64,000 nt of DNA from an uncultured Methanosarcinaceae archaeon (GCA_963847185.1 CAWJYV010000001.1:160001-224000), one strand, 5' to 3'; shown: positions 21,582-32,241, numbered from the stretch's first letter. Numbers and translations: made by a program. Notes: generated by a model from the sequence alone, not told the origin.

Positions 21582-21842
21582 TTACCACAATCCAATCCAT
21601 TTGAGAGAATACAAGCACACAATCCCTAGCAGAATATTTATTGCTACAAGTTGACCTCTTCTTTTCTTCCATCTTTTTGCTATTACATGATTTGTCCAGT
21701 ATGCCATTGAAGTCGCCAGCATTCCGTTCACAAAAGCCACAACAACATCAGGAAACCCAAAAATCGTACTGAGAACAAATCCAATTCCTCCAACCACACA
21801 TACAGGACAGACCATATTACCCCTTTTATCTTCTGCTTTCAT
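21582..21842 (-). CDS. Small membrane protein with N-terminal CPVC (start probably MVCPVC)
   Basis: CxxC followed by three hydrophobic segments. Confidence 0.7.
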   Translation of the reverse strand: MKAEDKRGNMVCPVCVVGGIGFVLSTIFGFPDVVVAFVNGMLATSMAYWTNHVIAKRWKKRRGQLVAINILLGIVCLYSLKWIGLW

Positions 21843-22165
21843 ATTATCTTATTAAGCTTTGTTTATATCATATCTCAAAATATAAATAGACCTATATAAG
21901 AAAAAGCAGGAACAATAATATGTGCATTATAGAATTATAAAGCATACTTGTGCTTTGATATTGATATTGGCGAAAAATACATGAAAGCTAACACTTCATT
22001 TAGAGGACTTCTTTTAGAGAAGCTATACAATTACTACCCGATAGGATAGAAGAAATAAGCCCCTTCTTTTTAAAAAACATGAATCAAAATTACGCTGGCG
22101 CACCTCGCTTCAAGCAAGGGATTGTTTGTGCCACCTCTTTCGCTTCTATCCTTTCATACACTTAA

Positions 22166-22267
22166 CCACGCACACATACCTAGAAGCCACGTACATGGCC
22201 AGGGCTATCGCTCATAGCCAGATGGACTAATATATCCCGGACAGCTCCACAATAAATTGAAAAGAGT
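22166..22267 (+). repeat. Dispersed ~100-bp repeat, copy 1
   Basis: CCACGCACACATACCTAGAAGCCACGTAC...GCCAGGGCTA...TAGCC.ATGGACT.ATATATCCC. Confidence 0.85.
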
Positions 22268-22584
22268 TTAATGAATAATTTAAATCAGCTTAGAAGTAGA
22301 TGGTAGAGTTTTGAGTCCCTATTCTCAAACCCTACCTGCGATCCAACCCAAAGATTAAGAGGAAACCCTATTTCTCTTAATCTGGACATTTATAAGGTCT
22401 CGGGGATATATATCATAACCGATACAAAAGATTGTTTCTGATTTGAACTTTAAATATAATTGAAAAATTATAGTATATTGATAATTTTAATATCCTTAAA
22501 ACAAAATGAATTAGACATTTTTTCGATTAAATACAATTTTTGATATGATTTATTATAAGTAATTTATCCAATTAGTACATGCTG

Positions 22585-22755
22585 GAGTTGGGAAATAACT
22601 GGGGAATCATCTACCATAATGAAAGAATCGCCTGGGATTGCTGATCCTTCTTCGAACCAATATGCTTGGGGGAGCTTAATGGTCGAAGAGACTGTATTGG
22701 GGGATACAGTGAAAGGATGCAGTGACCCTGGGCTTATTCTTATGTAGCTCTTTTT
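22585..22755 (+). ncRNA. Structured RNA candidate, copy B (three-way junction)
   Basis: Homologous to 7875-8042; TATA-like TTTATTATA upstream, T-run downstream. Confidence 0.6.
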
Positions 22756-23015
22756 GCTGCCCTTTTACCATATTTTTTTTCTTAATGTCTTAGTTTTAAC
22801 TTGAATGAGTTGGCTCTGTTTTATCAAGGTTTTTTGACAAAGACTCTCATGAGTACAGGAAATTCAATGTCTAAAACTCTACTAAATATAAACCTGCTCC
22901 TGATTTTGCAGATTAGAAACTTTGTTTCCAAAGAAATATTAGCCGATGAAAAAGATTCTAAAATGGGGTTATTTTACAAAATCCCGTAGAATATCTTGTC
23001 TCTGGGGAAGCATAG

Positions 23016-23426
23016 ATGTCGGGTATAGACACTGATGAATTTATGTCGATTTCTTTTGATTTACAAAAAATAGCCTTGCTCCTTGTCATAATCGGGTTTA
23101 TCATAATAAGGATAGGTAAATTAAGTAAAGAAAAATTGAAAAAACATGATATGATATTCACATCAGGATATTTGCTAGTAGTCTTATCCGTTCCATATAT
23201 GATTAATTTTGTATACGACGCCTTAGTTTCTCAATCAATTTCTCCTTTGATTTTCATCCATTCCTTGATAGGAGTTGTGGTTTTATTTCTGGGATTTATA
23301 GTTGTAATTAACAGACGCAAATGGAAGATAAAGAGAAGATGGAAAACTAAAGCAAACATGCAAATTCTTTTAGTTTTATGGCTGGTAAATTTTATATTAG
23401 GGACTTATATGGTCTTATTTACTTAA
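23016..23426 (+). CDS. Four-TM membrane protein (DUF420-like)
   Basis: Four hydrophobic helices, KKHD and IHSLIG His motifs, C-terminal LG.Y. Confidence 0.7.
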   Translation: MSGIDTDEFMSISFDLQKIALLLVIIGFIIIRIGKLSKEKLKKHDMIFTSGYLLVVLSVPYMINFVYDALVSQSISPLIFIHSLIGVVVLFLGFIVVINRRKWKIKRRWKTKANMQILLVLWLVNFILGTYMVLFT

Positions 23427-23476
23427 TGGAAAACAAAAATATAACAAATCTTAACTTTTACAACTTTATTGGCTGA

Positions 23477-23560
23477 CTAGAAGCAACGTACAAAGGCCAG
23501 ATATATTGCTCGGGTAAAATGGACCAAATATATGCCGCAAGTCTCCATGATGCAATTTAA
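23477..23560 (+). repeat. Dispersed repeat, copy 2
   Basis: 48 bp identical to copy 5. Confidence 0.85.
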
Positions 23561-23810
23561 GGTTAAGAACTCCTAATTCTTTACTTTTTAGACAATTAAC
23601 TGATGCAAAAGGCTTTGTATTCTATGACATTTATTCTTTTAAATCCAAATGAAAAATAGATTAGGGCTTAAGAAGTGAACTGGGAAAAGCCAGCATGAAA
23701 TCTTATAATTTTTAAATTATTGTATTTGTTACATATCTGTTCATATTTTTTGCTTCTAAAATACGCAAGTCCTAAAGACATGAGATTATTAAATTCATTA
23801 AAGGGGATTG

Positions 23811-25008
23811 GGTCGTGTCCCCAAATCATTGACTTAATTTTATATAATTTTGAATCTATTATTATTTGGGGGTATTGAAATCACTTCTGAAATCGATTTT
23901 TCACAATTTTTTTGCTGGAACAAAGATTGCCCTGATTATGGAATTAAAAATCAGGGGAATATAACCTTTAAAGAGAGATATGGTAAAAATAATCATGTTC
24001 TTCTTAAATGTAAAACCTGTAATCGTTGCTTTAGTGAAACAAAAGGTACAGTATTTTTTGGACTTGATACTCCTGAGGAAGAAGTTCTTAGGACACTGGC
24101 TATGCTTCCTGAAAAAGGAAGTATTCGTGGAGTTGCAAGAGCTACTGGGCATGATAAAGACACAATTTGTAGATGGCTCGAAATTGCAGGAACTCATTCA
24201 AAAGAAGTTACAGATTATTTCCTCATAAATCTTAATCTTAAGAGAGTAGAGGTTGATGAGATCTGGTCATATATAAAAAAAGCAAAAAAATGTGACTGAA
24301 GAGGATTCTGAAGAGTATGGTGATGTATACTCACTTACAGCAATCAAAAGTGACTCAAGATTGCTCCTTTTCCATCATGAAGGAAAACGTAGTACAGAGG
24401 ATGCTATAGAGTTATTTAACGGAGTTGAGAAGATGCGTTCCGCATCTTCTCCCATTCCTGTATTTACCTCGGATGATTGGGATGCCTTTGAAGAAGGGCT
24501 TATAAATGTTTATGGTAAAATCGAGTTACCACAATACAAAGGTATTGGGAGAAGACCACTACCGAGACTGGTTCCGCTTGACGATTTAAAATATGTCAAG
24601 GTACTAAAGAAAAAGGTAAAGAACTACGTAGTTGAAACAATTCAATGTATCATTTTTGGAGATCCTAAAGAAATATTCGAAATGCTTGGAGCTAATTCGG
24701 AGAGTTATATTGGCACTTCATATGCAGAAAGGATAAATCTTACGATCAGGACATCTCTTGCAAGATTTATAAGAAAAGGGATGAATTTCAGTAAAACAAT
24801 GAAGATGCATCAGAAAGCTTTTGATTTATTTCAGGCGTGGTATAACCTTATAAAACCTCATAAGTCCCTAAAATTAGAAATAAACTCTGGAAATAGAAAA
24901 TGGTTCCAAAGGACTCCAGCAATGGCAGAAGGAATAACTGATCACATATGGAGTTTAAAGGAATTACTGACGTTTAGAGTGCCTGTTCAATAACTTGGGG
25001 ACACGACC
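23811..25008 (+). mobile_element. Complete IS1-family element; two ORFs 23850-24299 and 24292-24993 joined by an A-run frameshift
   Basis: TIR GGTCGTGTCCCCAA, 8-bp target duplication GGGGATTG (23803-23810, 25009-25016), Zn finger, HTH, VDEIWSY, TSDDW, ERINLTIR. Confidence 0.93.
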
Positions 25009-25153
25009 GGGGATTGTTATGCAGTTAAACTCTGAACTTGATATTGTGGACCTTTAGCTGCTTACAGAGCAAATTAACCATCACAACCACTGTGCCTGAT
25101 TTTGGACAAAAGTGCTAATTCTAAAATATAGAAATTAAAAGGACAGGATAACA

Positions 25154-26161
25154 ATGGATAAGGCAAAAATTGCAGTAAATGGTTACGGAACTATAGGGAA
25201 AAGGGTTGCAGATGCCGTTAGGGCTCAGGACGATATGGAAGTTATTGGAATTTCCAAGACAAAGCCAAATTATGACGCCGCAGTGGCCCATCAGCGAGGG
25301 TATGATATATACGCTCCTGCAGAGAATATCGAAGCTTTTAAGAAAGCAGGAATGCCTACAGCAGGATCCATTGAAGAAATGTTGGAAAAGTCTGACCTGG
25401 TTGTGGACTGTACTCCAGGAGGAGTTGGGGAAAAAAATAAGCCTATGTATGAGAAAATCGGAATAAAGGCAATCTGGCAAGGAGGGGAGAGTCACACAAT
25501 TTCAGGTTTCTCATTCAATGCAGCGAGCAATTACGAACAGGCTCTGGGTCGTGATCTGACAAGAGTTGTCTCCTGTAATACCACAGGGCTTTGTAGAGCT
25601 ATTACCCCAATAGACAATAAACTTGGGGTAAATAAAGTAAGGGCAGCTATTACAAGAAGAGCAGTCGACCCCAATGATATAAAGAAGGGACCAGTTAACG
25701 CAATCGTACTTCATCCTGTGAAAATTCCGTCTCATCATGGACCGGATGTACAAAGTGTGCTTTCACATATCAATATCACTACTACAGCTGTGGTAGTCCC
25801 AACGACTCTTATGCACGTTCACACCGTAAACATTGAAGTTAACACTGATTGTACTGCAGAAGACATCAAGAAAATTTTTTCTTCCCAGTCAAGAATACGT
25901 TTCATAGAAAATGGGATTACTTCAACAGCGGAAATTATTGAAGTTGCACGGGATATCGGACGCCCAAGAAACGATATGTGGGAGAATTGCATTTGGCCTG
26001 AATCCATAACAGTAACTGAGAAAGAACTCTACTTCTTCCAGGCTATTCATCAGGAATCTATTACAATTCCTGAAAATGTGGACGCAATCAGGGCAATGAT
26101 GGAACTGGAGAGTGACGGCATGAAGTCGATTGAGAAAACGAATAAGGCCCTTGGAATGTAA
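25154..26161 (+). CDS. gap: Archaeal (type II) glyceraldehyde-3-phosphate dehydrogenase
   Basis: NGYGTIGKRVADAV, VVSCNTTGL, SHHGPDV, IHQES. Confidence 0.96.
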   Translation: MDKAKIAVNGYGTIGKRVADAVRAQDDMEVIGISKTKPNYDAAVAHQRGYDIYAPAENIEAFKKAGMPTAGSIEEMLEKSDLVVDCTPGGVGEKNKPMYEKIGIKAIWQGGESHTISGFSFNAASNYEQALGRDLTRVVSCNTTGLCRAITPIDNKLGVNKVRAAITRRAVDPNDIKKGPVNAIVLHPVKIPSHHGPDVQSVLSHINITTTAVVVPTTLMHVHTVNIEVNTDCTAEDIKKIFSSQSRIRFIENGITSTAEIIEVARDIGRPRNDMWENCIWPESITVTEKELYFFQAIHQESITIPENVDAIRAMMELESDGMKSIEKTNKALGM

Positions 26162-26461
26162 GTCTATATGAGACTTTGACTCTTGAATACTTTGATGTTC
26201 AGTTTAAATATGAGAATCATATTAGTGAAATACATTTTTTTCTTTTTTGAAAGCAGTTTCGTGGATATTTAATACCGATTAACTCATACCTATTGGATCA
26301 GAAGTAAGTGGGCATAGGACAATCAAATGGAGAATTTCTTGGTAGCTGATTTCTTAGAATAAATGTGTTTGGAGGGACATAGTTTTGCGATATTAATCAA
26401 GTTACAGCAAATGAAATTCAATCAGAGACTTTTGATTATACATTTTAAGATGGAGTAGACC

Positions 26462-27046
26462 ATGAGAAAAGAAGTAGTAAGAAATTCTGGGATTGATATT
26501 ATTGGGGATGTAAACTGGGGAACGCACTTCTGCCAGCTCTACCATAGAGAAGAAGATTTAATGGATATTCTTGCTCCCTACATTAAAACAGGGCTAGAAA
26601 ATAACGAATTATGTGTATGGATCACACTAAATTATCTGGAAGCAAAAAAGGCACTTGAAAAGTCTATTTCTGATCTCGATACTTATCTGGAGAATAAACA
26701 AATTGAGATTATTCCTTACAATGATTGGTATTTAAAAACAGGTTTCTTCGATCCACAAGAAGTCTTAAATGAATTGATTATAAAACTTAGAAAAGCTCTG
26801 ACCAGTAATTATGATGGTTTGAGATTAACTGAAGACATTTTTTACCTAGAAAAAGAATATAGGGATGATTTTGCCGAATATGAAACGAAAATAAATCGAG
26901 TAATCGGTAACTATCAAATATTGGCTCTTTGTACCTACGCCCTCAACGAGTATAGTGCGGCTGAAATTATTAATATTGTTACAAGCCATCAATTCGCTTT
27001 GGTCAAAAAGGAAGGTAGATGGGTACAAATAAAAAACTTCAGATAA
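26462..27046 (+). CDS. Stand-alone MEDS sensory domain protein
   Basis: SGIDIIGDVNWGTHFCQLY, GLENNELCVW, YDGLRL, ALCTY. Confidence 0.85.
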   Translation: MRKEVVRNSGIDIIGDVNWGTHFCQLYHREEDLMDILAPYIKTGLENNELCVWITLNYLEAKKALEKSISDLDTYLENKQIEIIPYNDWYLKTGFFDPQEVLNELIIKLRKALTSNYDGLRLTEDIFYLEKEYRDDFAEYETKINRVIGNYQILALCTYALNEYSAAEIINIVTSHQFALVKKEGRWVQIKNFR

Positions 27047-27090
27047 ATATGCTCTAAGATAAAGGCATTTTATTTTTCCAGCCTTCAATC

Positions 27091-27195
27091 TAGTGCTTCG
27101 ATTCCAAAGTATGCTCACATAAACTGACTTTTGACCTACCCCTCGGTAATGAATTTCCCAATAAATAAGGAATTTATTTTGGAATCGAAGCACTA
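27091..27195. mobile_element. IS630-type MITE
   Basis: Perfect TIR TAGTGCTTCGATTCCAAA, TA ends; resembles the ends of the IS630 at 43277-44537. Confidence 0.85.
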
Positions 27196-27315
27196 GTTCT
27201 TAATTCAGTTTTTAACATCACTCTGATCTTACACCTCGATTCCTCAGCGGACTATTTGTTCGACGGTCGTAGTCCTGATACGATGGTTCCTCATACCTTT
27301 TAATTATTTTGTTAA

Positions 27316-27474
27316 TTACTTTAATTTCATTGGTTCCCCACAACACTTTATGTCTCCTGTACAGCAGGCATCTGTAGAGCATTTGTCATCTTTACATTCG
27401 TTTGCTACCTTAAGTTCGAATCCGCATCCTCCGCAGACGAGAACCTGACCTTCTTTCAATTCACCGCAATTCAT
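27316..27474 (-). CDS. 52-aa Cys-rich desulforedoxin-like metal-binding protein
   Basis: MNCGELKEGQVLVCGGCGFELKVANECKDDKCSTDACCTGDIKCCGEPMKLK; GAGGTGA SD. Confidence 0.8.
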   Translation of the reverse strand: MNCGELKEGQVLVCGGCGFELKVANECKDDKCSTDACCTGDIKCCGEPMKLK

Positions 27475-27522
27475 TTCATGTCACCTCAATATGCGCAAGT
27501 TCTAATTCTTGTTCTGTCGAAC

Positions 27523-27789
27523 TTATTTTCCTTGTTTGATCATTTCCTGAACCTTTCGAATGTCATCTATAGCCTTTTTCTTTAGCTCAATCATCTTTTG
27601 CATTTCATTTATTTTCATTTCCATCCACTGTATTTTCATATCCATCTTCATTACTGCAACTTTCTTTTTCTGTTCTTCAGTCAGAAGTTCCCAAATTTCG
27701 GACATCGGTTCAGCGTGCATCATTGGATGTGTTCCTGTTGAATGTTCTGCGCCCATGTTAACTACCCCATTCTCTGATCTCAATTCCAC
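27523..27789 (-). CDS. Small Met-rich coiled-coil protein (start probably MGAEH)
   Basis: His/Met-rich N-terminus, WELLTEEQKKK, heptad pattern. Confidence 0.75.
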   Translation of the reverse strand: MELRSENGVVNMGAEHSTGTHPMMHAEPMSEIWELLTEEQKKKVAVMKMDMKIQWMEMKINEMQKMIELKKKAIDDIRKVQEMIKQGK

Positions 27790-28185
27790 TTACAATTGAC
27801 GTCATCAAAAACTCAGAAACTAATAAAAAAGTCTCTAAGTATTAAAAGAGATTATTACTATAGATATATAATAACTATAGTATTATAATTTAGAAACCAA
27901 TAATAATTAAAAGCAGATCTTGGAAAGGAAAATCGGTCCTACTCGAAGCTAGATCTAGTTTTTATATCGCTTGGGTAAAGATAGATATTAGAGACGCCAG
28001 CGTGTGTGAAAACATTATTCGTAATAACGACTTGATATTATTTAATAGTCAAATTTCTTTTTATTTTGTTAAAATATCTATAAAAAAGTTAACTAATTGG
28101 ATTAATGTTCTTGATATAAACTTATATATACATTTACGATATTTTACTTAAATGGTTATTAAAATATTAAAAGAGATGTTTAATT

Positions 28186-28302
28186 ATGCCAAAAGCAATG
28201 AGTGATCTACACAATACAGGAGCTGCTTGTGGAAAAGCAAAGGCTCCAGCAGCAGAGAAGTCTATGAAGAAAGAATCCAAGACAGCAAAGAAGGGGAAGT
28301 AA
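28186..28302 (+). CDS. 38-aa basic micro-protein MPKAMSDLHNTGAACGKAKAPAAEKSMKKESKTAKKGK
   Basis: TATA box TTATATATA near 28122, ATG, Lys/Ala-rich ORF, hairpin downstream. Confidence 0.65.
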   Translation: MPKAMSDLHNTGAACGKAKAPAAEKSMKKESKTAKKGK

Positions 28303-28320
28303 TAAAATATATAACCTCTC

Positions 28321-28367
28321 AACAGTAGCTTATCATTGAGATGATAAGTAGATAAGCTACTGTTTTT
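28321..28367. terminator. Hairpin between convergent genes
   Basis: AACAGTAGCTTATC / GATAAGCTACTGTT, followed by T-run. Confidence 0.6.
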
Positions 28368-28429
28368 AAACAACCTCCAAGCTCTTGTCAATAGTTTGGA
28401 AACAAATCAAAAAAAGTAAGTTGGAAAAT

Positions 28430-28723
28430 TCAATTTCCACTGCTTCTTATTATCTGGTTGATTTTGTTATAAAAGTCTATTATTACATTTGTTGCCTCAT
28501 TTTCCATATTTAGCTGGAAAGTTCGGATCTGCTTTCCTAGTAATTTTTCTCGGACAATGCCTGCTGCTGTCAAAGGAGTGATAACTCTTGACACACTGGC
28601 GTGAGACAATCCAGTTTCTTCAGCTATTCCTGATAAGTAAGTAGGTTCATTCTTTTTTTCGATTAAATTTTTAAGGACCGTCATCTGTGCAGTTTTTCCG
28701 AAGATTTGTTCCATTGAATCCAT
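28430..28723 (-). CDS. Winged-HTH transcriptional regulator
   Basis: MDSMEQIFGKTAQ...YLSGIAEETGLSHASVSRVI. Confidence 0.8.
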   Translation of the reverse strand: MDSMEQIFGKTAQMTVLKNLIEKKNEPTYLSGIAEETGLSHASVSRVITPLTAAGIVREKLLGKQIRTFQLNMENEATNVIIDFYNKINQIIRSSGN

Positions 28724-28930
28724 TTGTATCATTAATAGGCGGCTATTAGCTATAAGTGATTTCAGCCCCAATAATTGCCTATGGTTAATAAGCTTATCCT
28801 GTTTATTAAACAGCAGGGCTTTCATAAGGTACACCCTTAGAAACCATTTTATAAACCAGAAAAAAGAAAGTACTTAGTGGATGAACGCAAGCCAGCTGTA
28901 GTTTCTTTTTGAAATTTTTCATTATAATTT

Positions 28931-29000
28931 CCAGGGCTACCGATAATAGCCAAATGGACTAAATATATCCCTGATGGCTCCACAATGCAATTAAACGAGT
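28931..29000 (+). repeat. Dispersed repeat, copy 3 (5'-truncated)
   Basis: CCAGGGCTACCGATAATAGCCAAATGGACTAAATATATCCC. Confidence 0.85.
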
Positions 29001-29118
29001 AAAATGACTACTCTATTTCATCACTTTTCTATAGCCTTCCGACTACGTTTCCTCGATGACTCAGATCTGAGTTATCGGAGAGATTTCTGGGATCTGTGGA
29101 AGATAATGCAACATCTAT

Positions 29119-29202
29119 CCACGCACACATACCTAGAAGCCACGTACAAAAGCCAGGGCTACCGCTTGTAGCTAAATGGACTAAATATATCCCGGATGGC
29201 TC
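29119..29202 (+). repeat. Dispersed repeat, copy 4
   Basis: Close match to copies 1 and 3. Confidence 0.85.
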
Positions 29203-29731
29203 TCGATTGTTTGACTGAAAAAAGATGGATTAAATTTGACTACTATTTTTAATAGTTGATTAAGTCGTTGATTAGCTTTAAAACGACTTTTAGATGTGAG
29301 AGTAAAGTGTAAGAGTGACCGTGCTTTTAAAGAAGCAAAAATTGTCTTTACTGCTTACTCATCTTTAGCTGGTTATAAATTTTCCATAAGATAGGCATCT
29401 ACCGCATCAATAAAATACCATTTTGGATTGAAGCACCTAGTTATCTTTTATCTAGATTTATATGCCGATAATTATATACTCATTTTCTAGCATGTATGAA
29501 GTTATTATTAGATTGAAGGAACTGTCATCACTACTTAAAGGTAATCTGTAGGAACCCTCATTAATCAAATATTATATATTTAACTAACCTAAAATAACTG
29601 AGAAGGAAAATATATCAAAATTCAGCCAGTGACCGATGATTATTCTTTAGATACCTTCAATATAATAAATTCCGTATAGAGTTCCAGTTGAATATTTATA
29701 TTATCTTTATATCCTCTTTTAATTCTCGCAG

Positions 29732-31075
29732 GTGAATATGACTGAATCTCCACAACCCACATCGCCACAAATAGAACAATACGAGAGAAAAAAGGTTGTA
29801 CAACCCCCGAATGCTCTGAAATGGCTACTTGGAAAGGCAGGCCCTGGATTTATTACAGGCGCGGCAGATGATGATCCTTCTGGCATCGCAACTTATGCGC
29901 AAACGGGCGCAGTCTTTGGGTATAGTCAACTTTGGCTCGTTTGGGCTACATGTCCGTCCATGATTGTTATCCAGCAGATGTGCGGCAGGATAGGAATGGT
30001 AACTGGAAAAGGGCTGGCTGGTGTTATTCTCGAGCACTACTCAAAGAAAGTACTGTATGTATCTGTTCTGCTTCTTGTAATCGCCAATACAATTAACATT
30101 GGAGCAGACTTAGGAGCTATGGCCTCCTCGGCGCAAATGCTGATAGGACTCCCATTCTACCTGTGGCTGATCCTTATTACAGGGTCCATAATCGTTCTCG
30201 AGATCTTTGTTCCATACAAAACCTATTCGAGAATCCTTAAGTACCTAACATTAACCCTTTTTTCGTATTTTCTGGCTGCGTTTGTTGTCAAAATCGACTG
30301 GAATGTGGTCTTTCATTCCTTACTAACTCCACACATCGAGTTTTCGGCGAACTATCTGCTCAATATTGTTGCGGTCTTAGGTACTACAATCTCACCTTAC
30401 CTATTCTTCTGGCAAGCTTCCGAAGAGGTTGAAGAAGAGGTTATGAACGGCCAGATTTCCGATATTGGTGCCGAAAAACCCTTGGTGACTCAGAAAGGTA
30501 TGACTGAGAGTATTTGGGACACAAGAATTGGGATGTTTATCTCGCAGATAATTATGGTCTTCATTATTGTCATCACCGCGGCCACTCTTCACGCAAGTGG
30601 AGCCACTACAATCCAGACTGCATCACAAGCAGCAGAAGCTCTCCGACCACTTGCTGGTAACCTTGCCTATCTACTTTTTGCTATAGGTATAATTGGAACC
30701 GGGCTTCTTGCAGTTCCAGTATTAGCAGGCGCGTCGGCATACGCTGTGGCCGAGACGGTTGGAATAAAAGAGGGACTAGGGAAGAAACTAGGCAGTGCCC
30801 CAGGATTCTACACGATAATTGCAATATCTACGTTGATTGGCATGTCTCTTGACTGGCTCGGTATTAACCCTATGAAGGCTCTATACTACACAGCTGTGTT
30901 GAACGGCCTGGCTGCACCGCCTTTGATGGCACTGGTCATTATAATCTCAAACAGAGAAGATATCATGGGACAGTTCGTCAACTCAAAGACCAGCAACATC
31001 ATAGGATGGACGATCACGCTTATAATGGCCTTGGCAGGGATAGCACTAGTCGTTAATTTAGTGGTGGGGCAGTGA
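29732..31075 (+). CDS. NRAMP-family divalent metal transporter
   Basis: GPGFITGAADDDPSGIATY, GTTISPYLFFWQ, about 11 TM helices. Confidence 0.88.
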   Translation: MNMTESPQPTSPQIEQYERKKVVQPPNALKWLLGKAGPGFITGAADDDPSGIATYAQTGAVFGYSQLWLVWATCPSMIVIQQMCGRIGMVTGKGLAGVILEHYSKKVLYVSVLLLVIANTINIGADLGAMASSAQMLIGLPFYLWLILITGSIIVLEIFVPYKTYSRILKYLTLTLFSYFLAAFVVKIDWNVVFHSLLTPHIEFSANYLLNIVAVLGTTISPYLFFWQASEEVEEEVMNGQISDIGAEKPLVTQKGMTESIWDTRIGMFISQIIMVFIIVITAATLHASGATTIQTASQAAEALRPLAGNLAYLLFAIGIIGTGLLAVPVLAGASAYAVAETVGIKEGLGKKLGSAPGFYTIIAISTLIGMSLDWLGINPMKALYYTAVLNGLAAPPLMALVIIISNREDIMGQFVNSKTSNIIGWTITLIMALAGIALVVNLVVGQ

Positions 31076-31359
31076 CTTACAACGGAACTAAAACCTATAT
31101 GGAAAAGACATTGCCACTCTCAGGATAATAAGGGTAAGATGCTGTTTTTAAATGATGTAGAGGCTCTGGGTGAATTATTGGAGATAAGATAAAAAGACTT
31201 AAGAAGGCATTGAAAGATTTCGTGGGCTCAAATCCACCCTTGCACTATAACTTTAAAAGCCACAAAAAGATGACATGTTGATTCTTTATATCATATACGT
31301 CACATAAAGGATAAACACAAGGTATTAAAGCGCTAGTTTTCCTAGAGGATTTTTAAGAG

Positions 31360-32196
31360 ATGCACACGGGATTTCTTACTATCTACTGGCGGGATATGTT
31401 GAAGTTTTTCCGGTCCCGACCCCTTCTGTTCGCCTCACTTATTCAGCCAGTCCTCTGGCTAGCCTTTTTTGGAATCGCCATGTCGAGTAACTTTGATAGA
31501 CTGACAACAACCCTGCCAGTGACTCCAGGTATTAGGGATGTTGGCTACCTGACTTTTATAGGCGCAGGGGTCATTGCCATGACCACACTTTTTACAAGCC
31601 TTTTTGGGGGAACAGTACTACTTTTTGATAAAAATTGGGGGCTTATGCGAGAAAACCTTTCAAGCCCTTTGCCAAGAATCCACATAATTATAGGACTTGG
31701 ACTTTCATGCATGACCAAGTCTTTTATCCAGGTAGCTGTTATCATGGTTTTCGGGCTTCTATTGGGAGTTCAGTTTTTTGAAGGCTATACTCTGACTCAA
31801 GTTCTTGTCTCATTGATAGGAATTATGCTTTTTATAGGGATGTTTTCTCTTGGATTTCTTTTCCTCTCAGCTGCAATTGCAATAACCATGGAAATCCCGG
31901 AAGGAATGCATGCAGTAATAAACATGATTACAATGCCCTTTTTTTTCGTGAGCAATGCACTTTACCCTGCAACCTCTTTTCCTCCTGAACTTAGAGCTCT
32001 GTCCACAATTAACCCACTCACGCATTTGATTAACGGAATCAGGTATTTTGCAATAGGGAGTGATTTTTCATCAATAGGAATCCGTTACACTTACACTCGG
32101 GGAGAAGCTCTCATTTCTTTCCTATACCTTCTAGCTTTTGCGGGAATAATGTTACTCATAGCAAGGTGGAGATTTAGCAAAGTTAAGGTCACATAA
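31360..32196 (+). CDS. ABC-2 type exporter permease (DrrB-like), no adjacent ATPase
   Basis: Six TMs, SNALYP, INPLTHLINGIR. Confidence 0.85.
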   Translation: MHTGFLTIYWRDMLKFFRSRPLLFASLIQPVLWLAFFGIAMSSNFDRLTTTLPVTPGIRDVGYLTFIGAGVIAMTTLFTSLFGGTVLLFDKNWGLMRENLSSPLPRIHIIIGLGLSCMTKSFIQVAVIMVFGLLLGVQFFEGYTLTQVLVSLIGIMLFIGMFSLGFLFLSAAIAITMEIPEGMHAVINMITMPFFFVSNALYPATSFPPELRALSTINPLTHLINGIRYFAIGSDFSSIGIRYTYTRGEALISFLYLLAFAGIMLLIARWRFSKVKVT

Positions 32197-32241
32197 TTAG
32201 CCTATACAAAAAAGAATACTAGTAAGAGGTTCTATGGTATT

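Noticed and set aside
22619-22747. 42-aa ORF inside structured RNA copy B
   Set aside because: The homologous frame in copy A has an internal TAA and no start; base pairing is better conserved. Dual function is not excluded
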